Below, piece after piece: positions 20,431 to 30,318 of a DNA stretch of 64,000 nt. The notes under the pieces are model-generated. The model made no database searches and was not told the origin of the DNA. It was given only the letters and a program-made list of their open reading frames with translations. How positions within the stretch are numbered: position 1 is the stretch's first letter; the number at the start of each line of letters is the position of its first letter. Source of the DNA: Bacteroidales bacterium (GTDB lineage: Bacteria > Bacteroidota > Bacteroidia > Bacteroidales > Tenuifilaceae); the NCBI GenBank assembly GCA_028708425.1, contig JAQVYY010000008.1, forward strand, positions 7,799 to 71,798, read 5' to 3'. Made by a program: the position numbers and the translations under genes.

Positions 20431-21330
20431 ATGATAACAATATGTATTCCTGTATATAATTATGATGTTACTTCATTGGTAAACGAATTGTCGAGCCAAG
20501 CGAAGCTTTTGGGCGTGCAGCACGAAATTATAATTATTGATGATTGTTCCGATAGTTTTAAAGAGTTAAATAAAAGGGTATGCGAAAAACATACCTACAT
20601 AGAGCTATCGGAAAATATAGGAAGAGCAAGGATCCGGAATTTATTTTTAAAATATGCTAAATATGAATACTTGCTTTTTCTTGATTGCGATTCGCTTATA
20701 GGGGCAGCAGATTTTTTATCCAAATATATTGATATTATTACCGACGCACCTAGTGTGGTATGTGGTGGAAGGGTATATAATGAAAAGCGACCAAAAAGGG
20801 AGAGGTTATTAAGCTGGAAATATGGAGTATTAAGAGAGAGCCAACCTTATCTTGTAAGGCAAGAGTACCCCAATAAATCATTTATGACAAATAATTTTCT
20901 AATAAAAAGAACGATACTAGATACCATCCGATTCGATGAACGGATAGTAAAATATGGTCATGAAGACACCCTCTTCGGCTTTTCGCTAAAAAAAGAGAAT
21001 ATCATTATTACACATATTGACAACCCTGTTATTAATGGGGATGTTGAGCTAAATGGCGAGTATCTTAAAAAGACGCGAGAGGGTATCGTTAACCTGCTTA
21101 ATATTTTGAAATATACAGAGTATAAGGATGATTTAATTAGTGATATTACCCTGTTGAAATTTTACGAAAAAGTAAAAAAATCAGAAGCGTTTATTTATTT
21201 TACATTTATTCTTTTTAAACCGCTCATCACTTTTCTTTTAGCTAAAGGATACGTTAATTTATACTTGTTCGATTACTATAAGCTAGGTGTACTTATTGAG
21301 AATTTAAGGGTTTCGTCTCGTAAGAGTTGA
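20431..21330 (+). CDS. Glycosyltransferase family 2
   Basis: ICIPVYN, IIDDCS, FLDCD and YGHED motifs. Confidence 0.9.
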   Translation: MITICIPVYNYDVTSLVNELSSQAKLLGVQHEIIIIDDCSDSFKELNKRVCEKHTYIELSENIGRARIRNLFLKYAKYEYLLFLDCDSLIGAADFLSKYIDIITDAPSVVCGGRVYNEKRPKRERLLSWKYGVLRESQPYLVRQEYPNKSFMTNNFLIKRTILDTIRFDERIVKYGHEDTLFGFSLKKENIIITHIDNPVINGDVELNGEYLKKTREGIVNLLNILKYTEYKDDLISDITLLKFYEKVKKSEAFIYFTFILFKPLITFLLAKGYVNLYLFDYYKLGVLIENLRVSSRKS

Positions 21331-21341
21331 TATGGTATTAT

Positions 21342-22325
21342 CTACTTTTTTACCATGTACCCTTTTTGTAAATCCAACTTTTGTTTTCTAAAAAAAGGGC
21401 TCCAAACCCCTATCGTACCCGGTAGGGCAACATTTATTACCCAAAGCGATAATATGGCAAGCGCAATTGCTGTTGGGTTGGCCCACAGTGTTCCAATAAA
21501 AATTATGGCAAAACCCGACCTAACACCCGCCTCAGCCATGGCAAACGTGGGGATAACACTTGCGAACATGTAGGTTAGAAAGATGGCTGGGTATAGCGAT
21601 GCGCAGCTGCCATTATATCCAAATAGGAGCAGCATAAGCAGCAGCTGCGTAGAGAATACGGCATACCGGAGGATGCTAAATAGCACGATGGGCATGGTTT
21701 TTCCTGCGGGAGCATTTAACGATAGGTTTAATTGGTTTAGCCAGCGTTGAGCAGGCTTTATACGCTGAAGCCAAGATGCTAACTTCTCATATTTAAAAAC
21801 TACTACCAAGGTAAAAAGCGATATTCCAGCCACAAAGAGTATCGCAATGCCTGAGATTACCCCAACGGCAGGCAATGTGCCGTACATATATGTTAGCAGA
21901 AAACCCGCACCCCCAAACAGTATTGTGGCTAGCTGCTGGCTCATGGCACAAACCGCTGCCATTACCGCCCCTTGACCCCTGTTTACGGGGTTTAGCATTG
22001 CAACCCTGGCAATAGGATCGCCAATGCGATTTGGCGTGAACAGTCCAGCTCCAATGCCATACCAAACAATTTTTAGCGCGCTAAAAACACTTGTTGGTTC
22101 AAATTTCGTGATGGCAGTTTGCCATTTGTACGCTTCAATTATCCAGTTTATAGGTGCCAGCAGTAGTATTAGATATAGGTGAAAAACTCTCTCTTGCATC
22201 TCCCCAAGCTGCGATAACGTAAAAAAACCGTTGTCCCACTGCTCTCCTATCCTCCACACAACGAATCCGAAAACCATAACGGCAACGAGAATTTTTGCAA
22301 TAAGATGTACTTTTGCTCTGGGCAT
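21342..22325 (-). CDS. Lysylphosphatidylglycerol-synthase-like (UPF0104) membrane protein
   Basis: INWIIEAYKWQ, FTPNRIGDPIAR and WVINVALP motifs; multiple TM helices. Confidence 0.8.
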   Translation of the reverse strand: MPRAKVHLIAKILVAVMVFGFVVWRIGEQWDNGFFTLSQLGEMQERVFHLYLILLLAPINWIIEAYKWQTAITKFEPTSVFSALKIVWYGIGAGLFTPNRIGDPIARVAMLNPVNRGQGAVMAAVCAMSQQLATILFGGAGFLLTYMYGTLPAVGVISGIAILFVAGISLFTLVVVFKYEKLASWLQRIKPAQRWLNQLNLSLNAPAGKTMPIVLFSILRYAVFSTQLLLMLLLFGYNGSCASLYPAIFLTYMFASVIPTFAMAEAGVRSGFAIIFIGTLWANPTAIALAILSLWVINVALPGTIGVWSPFFRKQKLDLQKGYMVKK

Positions 22326-22388
22326 TTACCAACTAATTTATTACGAAATTAGTATTTATACCCTAAAATGTAAGGGTAGCAAGCAATT

Positions 22389-22536
22389 TAACCCGCATTA
22401 TTCATCAAATTTGTTAAAGATGAATGCAAATGCGGGTTACCCTAGCTTAGTGGAGCCTAATTTTGGGCAACTAAATTGGTTGTGAAACTTAGTCGCTGTC
22501 GGCGACAGCAATTATTCGAATGAATAATTGGGGTTA
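22389..22536 (+). mobile_element. MITE-like repeat family 1, copy 3 (full length)
   Basis: TTAACCCGCATTATTCATC...GAATAATTGGGGTTAA. Confidence 0.9.
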
Positions 22537-22696
22537 ATATAATTTTAATATATTTACACTGCTTTAATGTGAAGTGATGAAGTACTTGCATGCTAATATC
22601 TAGTCAGGGTTATATTTCATCATAAAAAAGGAGCAAAGGAGTTGAGCAAATTTTTTTTTAGTTTTAAAGTCCGAATCGTCATAAAATCATATAACA

Positions 22697-24049
22697 ATGA
22701 TTACAGCCAAAAAAAAGAAATTTAACCTGCCTGAATATATTAATAAGGTAAGGCATTTCCTTACAAAAGGAATTTGGAGCGTACAGCTACAACACTGCAG
22801 CCCCATGCATCGGCTTGGGATTCAAATTTTACGAATAGTAATGCTAGCGTACAGGGGGTTTGTTGAGGATAGGGTGCTGCTCAGGGGCTCGGCGTTAACT
22901 TACTACACATTAATGGCTATTGTTCCTGTGCTGGCCATGATTTTTGGTGTTGCAAAAGGATTTGGATTTGAGAAATATTTAGAGAAACAGCTGTACAGAA
23001 GTTTTCAGAACCAGCAGGCTGTTTTAGAGCAGCTGCTCGACTTTACAACACGGCTGCTCGAAAATACTGGGGGTGGCCTTATCGCTGGTATTGGTGTTGC
23101 GGTGCTGTTTTGGTCGGTAATAAAAGTTTTTGGGCAAATTGAGCATTCGTTTAACGATATATGGCGGATACGCTCGGCTCGTCCCTTTTCGCGAAAGTTT
23201 GCCGATTACCTTTCAATGATGGTAGTTGCCCCAGTATTGCTATTAGTGGGGAGCGGTATGAATGTTTTTATTACAACCCAATTTGATAGGCTAACTGATA
23301 AAATTGAGCTGCTAAACTATGTTACCCCGCTTGTTATGTTTTCGTTAAAGCTTTTGCCTTACGTTATTATATGGGTTGTGTTTGCCATGCTGTATATTGT
23401 GATGCCCAACACGAAAGTGAAATTTTTGCCAGGTATTATTGGTGGAATTATAGCAGGTTCGGCCTTTATGGTTATTCAATGGGTTTACATTGAGTTTCAG
23501 ATAGGTGTATCAAAGTACAATGCTATTTATGGTAGCTTCGCAGCGCTGCCGCTCTTGTTAATATGGCTGCGGGTAAGCTGGCTAATTGTTCTTTTGGGCG
23601 CCGAAATTGCGTTTTCGCACCAGAATCAGAACCTGTACGAATTCGAAATGGAAACCGACAATATAGGCGACGAGCTAAGTAAGTCGCTGTCGTTACTAAT
23701 ACTCAACACTATTTTAAATCGATTTGTGGATGGTAAGCCGGCCCTAACCGCCCAAGAGCTGTCGAAAGAGGTAAAGCTTCCCATTCGGTTGGTAAGGACG
23801 TTACTCGATGGGCTGGTCAGCTGCAACATACTTTCCAAGGCGTATACCCGTGAGCCAAAAACCCCTGCATTTCAACCAGCACAGTCAGTCGATAAATTAA
23901 CCGTTGCATATGTAATCCAGGCCATTGAACAACATGGAGCGCATATTGAGCTCTCCAATCCTATTTTGGATAGAATAGAAAGAATACACCAAGAGTTTGC
24001 AGAGAGTATGGAGTCACTTCCAGCTAACGTGTTGGTAAAAGATATTTAG
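22697..24049 (+). CDS. YihY/BrkB-family membrane protein with C-terminal HTH region
   Basis: GSALTYYTLMAIVP and YNAIYGSFAALPLLLIWL motifs. Confidence 0.88.
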   Translation: MITAKKKKFNLPEYINKVRHFLTKGIWSVQLQHCSPMHRLGIQILRIVMLAYRGFVEDRVLLRGSALTYYTLMAIVPVLAMIFGVAKGFGFEKYLEKQLYRSFQNQQAVLEQLLDFTTRLLENTGGGLIAGIGVAVLFWSVIKVFGQIEHSFNDIWRIRSARPFSRKFADYLSMMVVAPVLLLVGSGMNVFITTQFDRLTDKIELLNYVTPLVMFSLKLLPYVIIWVVFAMLYIVMPNTKVKFLPGIIGGIIAGSAFMVIQWVYIEFQIGVSKYNAIYGSFAALPLLLIWLRVSWLIVLLGAEIAFSHQNQNLYEFEMETDNIGDELSKSLSLLILNTILNRFVDGKPALTAQELSKEVKLPIRLVRTLLDGLVSCNILSKAYTREPKTPAFQPAQSVDKLTVAYVIQAIEQHGAHIELSNPILDRIERIHQEFAESMESLPANVLVKDI

Positions 24050-24087
24050 CAAGCCTTATCTTGTGGGTTGAAAAAATTATCGCTTAT

Positions 24088-24232
24088 TATCACGCATTAT
24101 TCATCAAATTGTAAAGATGAATGCAAATGCGGGTTACCCCAACCTAGTAAAACCCAATTTTCGGCAATAAAATATGTGTGAGGTTTAGTCGTTGCTACAA
24201 ACGGCTATTATTCGGACGAATAATTGGGGCTA
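24088..24232 (+). mobile_element. MITE-like repeat family 1, copy 4 (degenerate)
   Basis: CGCATTATTCATCAAATT...GCGGGTTACCCC...GAATAATTGGGGCTA with many substitutions. Confidence 0.8.
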
Positions 24233-24334
24233 AGCATCTATACCAACACATATTCATACCAAACCTTACGTCATAGATTTTTCAAGTTTTAGAAATACTG
24301 GCTCCCAATGGTTTTTTGGTTAACTTTGTACCAC

Positions 24335-24482
24335 TAAACCCGCATTATTCATCAAATTTAGTAAAGATAAATGCAAATGCGCGTTACCCCGACTTAGTTG
24401 AGCCCAATTTTGGGCAACTAGATTGGTTGTGAAACCTAGTCGCTGTCGGAGACAGCAATTATTCGAATGAATAATTGGGGTA
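24335..24482 (+). mobile_element. MITE-like repeat family 1, copy 5 (full length)
   Basis: Near-consensus copy. Confidence 0.9.
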
Positions 24483-24494
24483 AAGAACTGTTAT

Positions 24495-24552
24495 GAGCCA
24501 TCCATGGCAATATCGTTACCACACACGGCAACGGCTATTACATGGATGTTCC
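24495..24552. repeat. Repeat family 3, unit 3 (58 bp, reverse orientation)
   Basis: GAGCCATCCATG...CATGGATGTTCC followed by ATCTGTACCTT, the reverse complement of the flanks at 9321-9332 and 9412-9422. Confidence 0.6.
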
Positions 24553-24585
24553 ATCTGTACCTTATGAAAATAAAAAAACAGACAG

Positions 24586-25948
24586 ATGAAAATTCATTTT
24601 ATAGCCATAGGTGGAAGTGCCATGCACAGCTTGGCTATTGCCATTAAGCAAAAAGGGTACTGTGTATCGGGTTCCGACGACGAGATTTTTGACCCCTCAC
24701 GTAGCCGACTGCAGAATCATGGGTTGCTGCCCAATAAGATAGGTTGGTTTCCAGATAAGCTAGATATAAGGTGTTGATGCCGTTGTTCTCGGCATGCATG
24801 CCCGTGCCGATAATCCCGAGCTAGCCCGTGCAAAAGAGCTAGCAATTAAAATATACTCGTATCCCGAGTACCTGTATGAGCAAACCAAAAGTAAAACCAG
24901 GGTGGTAATTGGAGGGAGTCACGGCAAAACTACCATTACATCAATGGTTATGCACGTGCTAAAGGATGCAGGCCGAAAATTCGACTATATGGTAGGTGCT
25001 CACATTGATGGGTTTGAGAATATGGTGGGGCTATCTGAAAGTGCTAACATTGCAATTTTTGAGGGCGATGAGTATTTAACATCTCCCATTGACCCCCGCC
25101 CAAAGTTCCATTTATACAAGCCCCATATTGCCATTATTTCTGGTATTTCGTGGGATCATATCAACGTGTTTCCTACTTTTGAGCAGTATCTAATGCAATT
25201 CGAGCTATTTACCCATACCATTGAGCCCCATGGGCATCTAATTTACTGTGCTAGCGATAAGTTTACAGCTGAGGTGGGTGCCAAAGCATCCGAAAGTACT
25301 AATACTGTATCCTACGTTGCCCATGCCCATAAAATTAGCAATAGTAAGATGTATTTAGACACGGAGAACGGGGAGGTTGAGCTTAATGTTTTTGGAACTC
25401 ATAATATGGAGAATATATCGGCAGCCAAAGAGGCTTGTAAGCTCTTGGGTATAAGTGATAAACAGTTCTATAAATCCATATCAACTTTTAAAGGGGCGGC
25501 CAGGCGGTTGCAGCTAATAAAAAAAGGTGCCACAACCGATGTTTTTCTCGATTTTGCGCATGCGCCATCAAAAGTAAGGGCAACCGTAAAAGCTTTGAAA
25601 GAAACCTATCCCCACCGAAAACTTGTGGCGTGTTTAGAGTTGCACACCTTTAGTAGTTTAAATAAAAACTTTTTAAAGGAGTATGCCGAAACTTTAGACG
25701 ATGCTACACAGCCCCTAGTGTACTACAATCCGAGAACGCTTGAACATAAAAAGCTGCCTCCCATAAACAGCGAAATGGTAGCTGATAGCTTTAGGAATGG
25801 CAACCTAAGGGTTTTCGATAATGGATTAGATTTGTTTCAGTATCTTTTTGATATGGAGTGGAGTAATACTAACCTATTGCTGATGTCGTCGGGTAATTTT
25901 GCTAACCTAAACGTAAATCAGCTAGCCGAAACTATTGCTGGTGGTTAA
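24586..25948 (+). pseudogene. Mur ligase (Mpl/MurC-like), split by a one-base frameshift near 24766-24770
   Basis: ORF 24586-24777 (HFIAIGGSAMHSLA...GSD) continues in another frame as GVDAVVLGMHARADNPEL...GSHGKTT; true lesion or sequencing error. Confidence 0.8.
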
Positions 25949-25995
25949 AAACTAAATAAAACCGAACCCTAAATTTGTTAACCAAATCATAAGCC

Positions 25996-26571
25996 ATGAG
26001 AGTAGTAACCACACGACTTGAAATAAAGCCTTTAAATCTCGAAGAGTTTAAGGCGATTATCGAATCGAGAGCCAAGTTCGAGAGGATGGCAAAATGCAAT
26101 ATCTCAGGATTTAGCTTGCCAGATAGTTACTGTGCCGAGGTAACCGAAATGCTGGAGAAGAGGCAAGGCCTTTGGTCAGAAAAGTCTAACGATTACCTCT
26201 TTTATACCCTATGGACTATGATTGATACCGATATTAAATCAATTGTAGGTTTGTTTACTTTTAATGGAAAGCCTAATGCTCAGGGCGAGGTCGAAGTTTA
26301 TTTTAGTATCGAATCGCCGTATCGTCGTAAGGGTTATGGTTACGAAGCTATGCGGGGTATGCTAAAATGGGCATCGGGAAGCGAACTATTTAAAAGGTTG
26401 CTGGTCGAGGCCGATTTCGACAATAAGGCGGCCATGGCTTCATTAAAAAAACTAGGTTTTAAACCTATTCCTGTATACGATTATGAGGGAACGACGGGTA
26501 CATCAACGAAGTACTATATTAGTACTGCAAAACCCAAAGATATCGACAGTGAAGAGTTAGATTTTGACTAG
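25996..26571 (+). CDS. GNAT N-acetyltransferase (RimJ/RimL-like)
   Basis: YRRKGYGYEA acetyl-CoA motif; NKAAMASLKKLGF. Confidence 0.8.
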   Translation: MRVVTTRLEIKPLNLEEFKAIIESRAKFERMAKCNISGFSLPDSYCAEVTEMLEKRQGLWSEKSNDYLFYTLWTMIDTDIKSIVGLFTFNGKPNAQGEVEVYFSIESPYRRKGYGYEAMRGMLKWASGSELFKRLLVEADFDNKAAMASLKKLGFKPIPVYDYEGTTGTSTKYYISTAKPKDIDSEELDFD

Positions 26572-26585
26572 CCGCCAGCTAGCCC

Positions 26586-26666
26586 CCCTCTTCTTATAAA
26601 TCCTGTTAAGGGTTCGTCATTTTGAGCGTTAGCGAAGAATCTCAAAAGATTTACCGGATAACAGTG
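26586..26666 (+). mobile_element. MITE-like repeat family 2, left-truncated copy
   Basis: Collinear with 53756-53836 (CCCTCTTCTTATAAA...GTCATT.TGAGC..TAGCGAAGAATCTCAAAAGATTTACCGGA.AACAGTG); left TIR missing. Confidence 0.75.
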
Positions 26667-26727
26667 ATTCTAAATGTTAATTTAGATGAAAATGTACATG
26701 GTTAAATCCATAATAATATATTAGTGC

Positions 26728-26735
26728 TACCTTTG
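26728..26735 (+). promoter_or_regulatory. Bacteroidota -7 promoter element
   Basis: TACCTTTG ~90 bp upstream of 26822. Confidence 0.5.
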
Positions 26736-26821
26736 CAGACAAAATGTGGCGATACGATATCACGCAAAATAAGGCGAAACCGAAAAGCCATACGAGTAGG
26801 AGAAATTTAATTTATTGAAAA

Positions 26822-27316
26822 ATGAAAAAAGTTATCGTAATTTTATGTTTTATTTTAGGTACAGGACTTGCCTTACAAGCGCAGGTTCACCCTCGTGCAA
26901 TTGGTTTGAGATTTGGTGGAGGTTCTGTTTTTGGCGGAGAAATTTCTTATCAGCATGGATTAAGTGAAACAAACAGGCTTGAGTTTGATCTTGGGTTTGG
27001 CGGGAGTGAAAATTACAGTAACCTTTTTGTTTCTGGAACATACCAATGGAATTGGAATATAACCGAAGGCCTAAACTGGTATACTGGCCCTGGTGCTGCA
27101 GTTGGTTTCTATAGCCGGACTAATGATGACAATAAAATTAAATCAGGATTAACCCTTGGAATTGGTGGTCAAATAGGGTTAGAGTACGATTTTAATCACC
27201 TTAATGCGCCAATTTTACTGAGCTTAGATACTCGCCCAATATTCGATTTTATTGGATATAATGATGGTGGTTTTGGTTGGGGAGTTTCACTAGGTGTTAG
27301 ATATACTTGGCAATAA
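26822..27316 (+). CDS. Small outer-membrane beta-barrel protein
   Basis: Signal peptide, AIGLRFG, beta-strand pattern, ends in VRYTWQ. Confidence 0.75.
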   Translation: MKKVIVILCFILGTGLALQAQVHPRAIGLRFGGGSVFGGEISYQHGLSETNRLEFDLGFGGSENYSNLFVSGTYQWNWNITEGLNWYTGPGAAVGFYSRTNDDNKIKSGLTLGIGGQIGLEYDFNHLNAPILLSLDTRPIFDFIGYNDGGFGWGVSLGVRYTWQ

Positions 27317-27426
27317 AAACTTGTCTGTAACAAGAGAGTTTAAATAATGATGGGTTATGGATAAATAAATATTTTAGCTTAGCCCGCCATGTTAATACAC
27401 CAACCCGTGTAATGTTGAATTCGTTT

Positions 27427-27572
27427 TAACCTGCATTATTCGTCAAATTTGTTAATGAATGTAAATGCGGGTTACCGCAACATATTGGAGGTCAATTTTG
27501 GGTAACAAAATTGGTTGTGAGACTTAGTCGCTGTCGGAGACCCCCAATTATTCGAATGAATAGTTGGGGTTA
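27427..27572 (+). mobile_element. MITE-like repeat family 1, copy 6
   Basis: TAACCTGC...GAATAGTTGGGGTTA. Confidence 0.85.
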
Positions 27573-27669
27573 AGTATTGGATATTCAGGTTTTTTGGATG
27601 CGAAGCAATATTTCCTTAAATATTTTTACATTTTACCTTGCTTTTTTTTGTATAAAATATTTTTTCAGT

Positions 27670-27677
27670 TACCTTTG
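27670..27677 (+). promoter_or_regulatory. Bacteroidota -7 promoter for tRNA-Glu/rpsT
   Basis: TACCTTTG ~40 bp upstream of the tRNA. Confidence 0.65.
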
Positions 27678-27718
27678 CACCCGCTTAACAATGGTAAGGC
27701 GATAATAAGTGAAATAAT

Positions 27719-27790
27719 GGCCCGTTCGTCTAGGGGTTAGGACGCCAGGTTTTCATCCTGGTAACAGGGGTTCGATTCCCCTACGGGCTA
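27719..27790 (+). tRNA. tRNA-Glu (anticodon TTC), CCA not encoded
   Basis: Acceptor stem GGCCCGT/ACGGGCT, anticodon arm CCAGG-TTTTCAT-CCTGG, T-loop GTTCGATT. Confidence 0.96.
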
Positions 27791-27816
27791 CAATTTTTTT
27801 TAATAAAAATAGTATA

Positions 27817-28068
27817 ATGGCAAATCATAAGTCAGCACTAAAAAGAGTTCGTCATTCGGGAACTGTAAGACTTCAGAATAGGTATGCTGCACGTACAACA
27901 CGTAATGCATATAAAATTTTAAAGGAAACTACCGATAAAGAGGCAGCAAGCGAAATGTTACCCAAGGTAACATCTATGCTAGATAAGTTGTCTAAAAGGA
28001 ATATCATACATAAGAATAAAGCGGCCAATCTCAAGCGTTCTATCTCTTTGCATGTTAACTCTTTATAG
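27817..28068 (+). CDS. rpsT: 30S ribosomal protein S20
   Basis: MANHKSALKR, LDKLSKRNIIHKNKAANLK. Confidence 0.96.
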   Translation: MANHKSALKRVRHSGTVRLQNRYAARTTRNAYKILKETTDKEAASEMLPKVTSMLDKLSKRNIIHKNKAANLKRSISLHVNSL

Positions 28069-28095
28069 TAAAAGTATTGGATGTATTTAGGGTTT

Positions 28096-28121
28096 AGCTC
28101 GCCATTGGCGAGCTTTTTTTA
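28096..28121 (+). terminator. Intrinsic terminator after rpsT
   Basis: AGCTCGCC-ATT-GGCGAGCT followed by a T run. Confidence 0.8.
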
Positions 28122-28186
28122 TGCAAAAATTTTTTGCTAACACTATTTCTTTGTAATTTCCCTGTAGCAAACAACCGGTATTTTCA

Positions 28187-28885
28187 ATGCAGGAAAATTC
28201 AAAACCGCTTACCATCAAAGAATGGGCTGAAGACGACCGCCCTCGTGAAAAAATGATTAGTAAAGGTGTTGCAGCCCTTAGCGATGCCGAGTTAATGGCA
28301 ATACTAATTGGATCGGGTACAAAAAATGAGACAGCCGTAGGTATCTCGCAGCGTATTTTAAATAGCGCGAATAATAACCTTAACGAGCTAGGCCGGTTCT
28401 CGTTGAAAGAGCTAACCAAAACAAAAGGTATTGGCGTGGCAAAAGGGGTTACCATAATGGCTGCCCTTGAGCTGGGGCGTAGGCGAAAAATTAGCGAGGC
28501 AATTAACCGCAAACAGATTACCTCAAGTAATGATGTGATTGATGTGTTTCAGCCACTTTTGGCGGATATCCCTCACGAAGAGTTCTGGTTGCTTTTACTG
28601 AATCGCTCAAATAAAATAATCGATAAGGTTCGAATTAGCGAGGGAGGCTTTACGGCAACCATAGTTGATGTTCGGAAAATAATGCGTGCCGCATTACTAA
28701 ACCATGCCATTGGACTGATATTGTGTCACAATCATCCTTCGGGAAATCACTCTCCCAGCGATGACGATATTCGTATCACAAAAAAAATTAAGCAGGCAGC
28801 TAGCACCCTCGATATCACCCTCCTCGATCACGTAATTGTAACTAACCAGAAATGCTACTCTTTTGCCGATAATTCAGTACTGTAG
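28187..28885 (+). CDS. radC: RadC family protein (JAB domain)
   Basis: EDDRPREK, LSDAELMAILIGSG, HNHPSG and LLDHVIV motifs. Confidence 0.95.
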   Translation: MQENSKPLTIKEWAEDDRPREKMISKGVAALSDAELMAILIGSGTKNETAVGISQRILNSANNNLNELGRFSLKELTKTKGIGVAKGVTIMAALELGRRRKISEAINRKQITSSNDVIDVFQPLLADIPHEEFWLLLLNRSNKIIDKVRISEGGFTATIVDVRKIMRAALLNHAIGLILCHNHPSGNHSPSDDDIRITKKIKQAASTLDITLLDHVIVTNQKCYSFADNSVL

Positions 28886-28964
28886 GGGATACATACTATT
28901 GTAGGCATAATTTTTTATTCTTAACACTTTTTATTGCTACTTTAGCAACCTACAAATTTATATT

Positions 28965-29615
28965 ATGGTGAAAATACTAGGAGACTCGAATACTTTGCTG
29001 AATAAATTTTTGTACGAATTGAGGAGCGTTTCGATACAGAATGATACCCTGAGGTTTAGGCGAAACTTGGAGCGGATTAGCGAAGTTTTTGCTTACGAGA
29101 TAAGTAAAACCTTTAGCTATAAACCGGTGCAGGCTCAAACCCCACTAGGCATAGCCGATATGATGATACCTGATGACGATATAGTTATTGCATCGATAAT
29201 GCGAGCTGGAATGCCAATGCACAATGGATTTCTAAACTATTTTGATGGTGCCGAAAATGCTTTCATCTCCGCTTATCGCAAGTATGGAAAGGATGGGGCG
29301 TTCAAAATTGCATTTGAGCACCTCTCGTGCCCATCAATTGATGGTAAGGTTTTAATACTTGCAGACCCAATGCTTGCAACTGGTGCGTCAATGGTGTTGT
29401 CGTACAATGAGCTGGTTAAGCGAGGAACCCCTAAGCACACTCATATAGTGTCAATAGTAGCATCGAAAGAAGGGGTTGAATACGCTCAAAAAAACTTGCC
29501 TAGCAAAAATGTAACTATTTGGCTGGGTGCTTTAGATGACGAACTTACCGTTAAGTCGTATATTGTTCCAGGACTGGGCGATGCGGGCGATTTGGCCTAT
29601 GGTAGTAAGGAATAA
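28965..29615 (+). CDS. upp: Uracil phosphoribosyltransferase
   Basis: LADPMLATGAS and YIVPGLGDAGD motifs. Confidence 0.95.
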   Translation: MVKILGDSNTLLNKFLYELRSVSIQNDTLRFRRNLERISEVFAYEISKTFSYKPVQAQTPLGIADMMIPDDDIVIASIMRAGMPMHNGFLNYFDGAENAFISAYRKYGKDGAFKIAFEHLSCPSIDGKVLILADPMLATGASMVLSYNELVKRGTPKHTHIVSIVASKEGVEYAQKNLPSKNVTIWLGALDDELTVKSYIVPGLGDAGDLAYGSKE

Positions 29616-29633
29616 CTTATGGTATGGGTTCAG

Positions 29634-29682
29634 CTAAGTCGCTGTCGGAGACAGCAATTATTTGAATGAATAATTGGGGCTA
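29634..29682 (+). mobile_element. MITE-like repeat family 1, copy 7 (right-end fragment)
   Basis: CTAAGTCGCTGTCGGAGACAGCAATTATTTGAATGAATAATTGGGGCTA. Confidence 0.8.
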
Positions 29683-30318
29683 ATGCAGCTTTGTGCCAAT
29701 TAGGTTTATAAACTCCTCACGGGTTTTGCTTTGCGATAGGAATATTCCGGTGAATGCCGAGGTTGTGGTAACCGAATTCTGTTTCTGAATACCACGCATT
29801 TGCATGCACATATGCCCTGCCTCAACTACCACTGCAACACCTAGCGGTTTTAGGTTTTCTTCAATACAATCGCGAATTTGAACGGTTAGCCGTTCTTGAA
29901 TCTGAAGCCTGCGAGCGTATGCCTCAACAACCCGGGCAATTTTGCTAAGCCCAGTGATATACCCATTAGGAATATACCCTACGTGGGCCTTGCCATAAAA
30001 GGGGATCATATGGTGTTCGCACATTGAGTATATCTCAATATCCTTTACTATAACCATTTGCTTGTAGTCTTCCTTAAACTTAGCCGATTGGATAATTTTT
30101 GCAGGGTCTACCGAAGAGCCATGGGTTAAAAATTGTACCGCTTTGGCTACGCGTATTGGCGTGTCAACCAGCCCCTCGCGCTCTACATCTTCACCTAGTA
30201 ATTTAAGAGCCTCCTTGTAATGGTAAGCTAATTTCTCCGTCTTTTTAGTATTCCATCTCTCCACCTTTTTATACCCTTCGTTTTCGGGAATAAAGGCACC
30301 ATCGTTAATTGTTTCCAT
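29680..30318 (-). CDS. folE: GTP cyclohydrolase I
   Basis: [26 protein letters not shown] and HMCMQMRG motifs. Confidence 0.97.
   Translation of the reverse strand: METINDGAFIPENEGYKKVERWNTKKTEKLAYHYKEALKLLGEDVEREGLVDTPIRVAKAVQFLTHGSSVDPAKIIQSAKFKEDYKQMVIVKDIEIYSMCEHHMIPFYGKAHVGYIPNGYITGLSKIARVVEAYARRLQIQERLTVQIRDCIEENLKPLGVAVVVEAGHMCMQMRGIQKQNSVTTTSAFTGIFLSQSKTREEFINLIGTKLH

Noticed and set aside
22231-22485. Short ORFs overlapping repeats (also 33829-34026, 49373-49564, 53690-53899)
   Set aside because: They read through MITE sequence and share the spurious 'INPHYSSNL..MNANAGYP' translation; no coding evidence
24775-24777. TGA readthrough or selenocysteine in the Mur ligase
   Set aside because: The continuation is in a different frame, so readthrough cannot restore the protein
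27817-28068. rpsT looks somewhat divergent in its N-terminal half
   Set aside because: Length and key motifs are intact, and S20 is naturally variable; cannot be assessed without alignments
28187-28885. radC as a marker of a mobile element
   Set aside because: It is the full-length form with the N-terminal region, in a housekeeping context; no integrase or conjugation genes nearby
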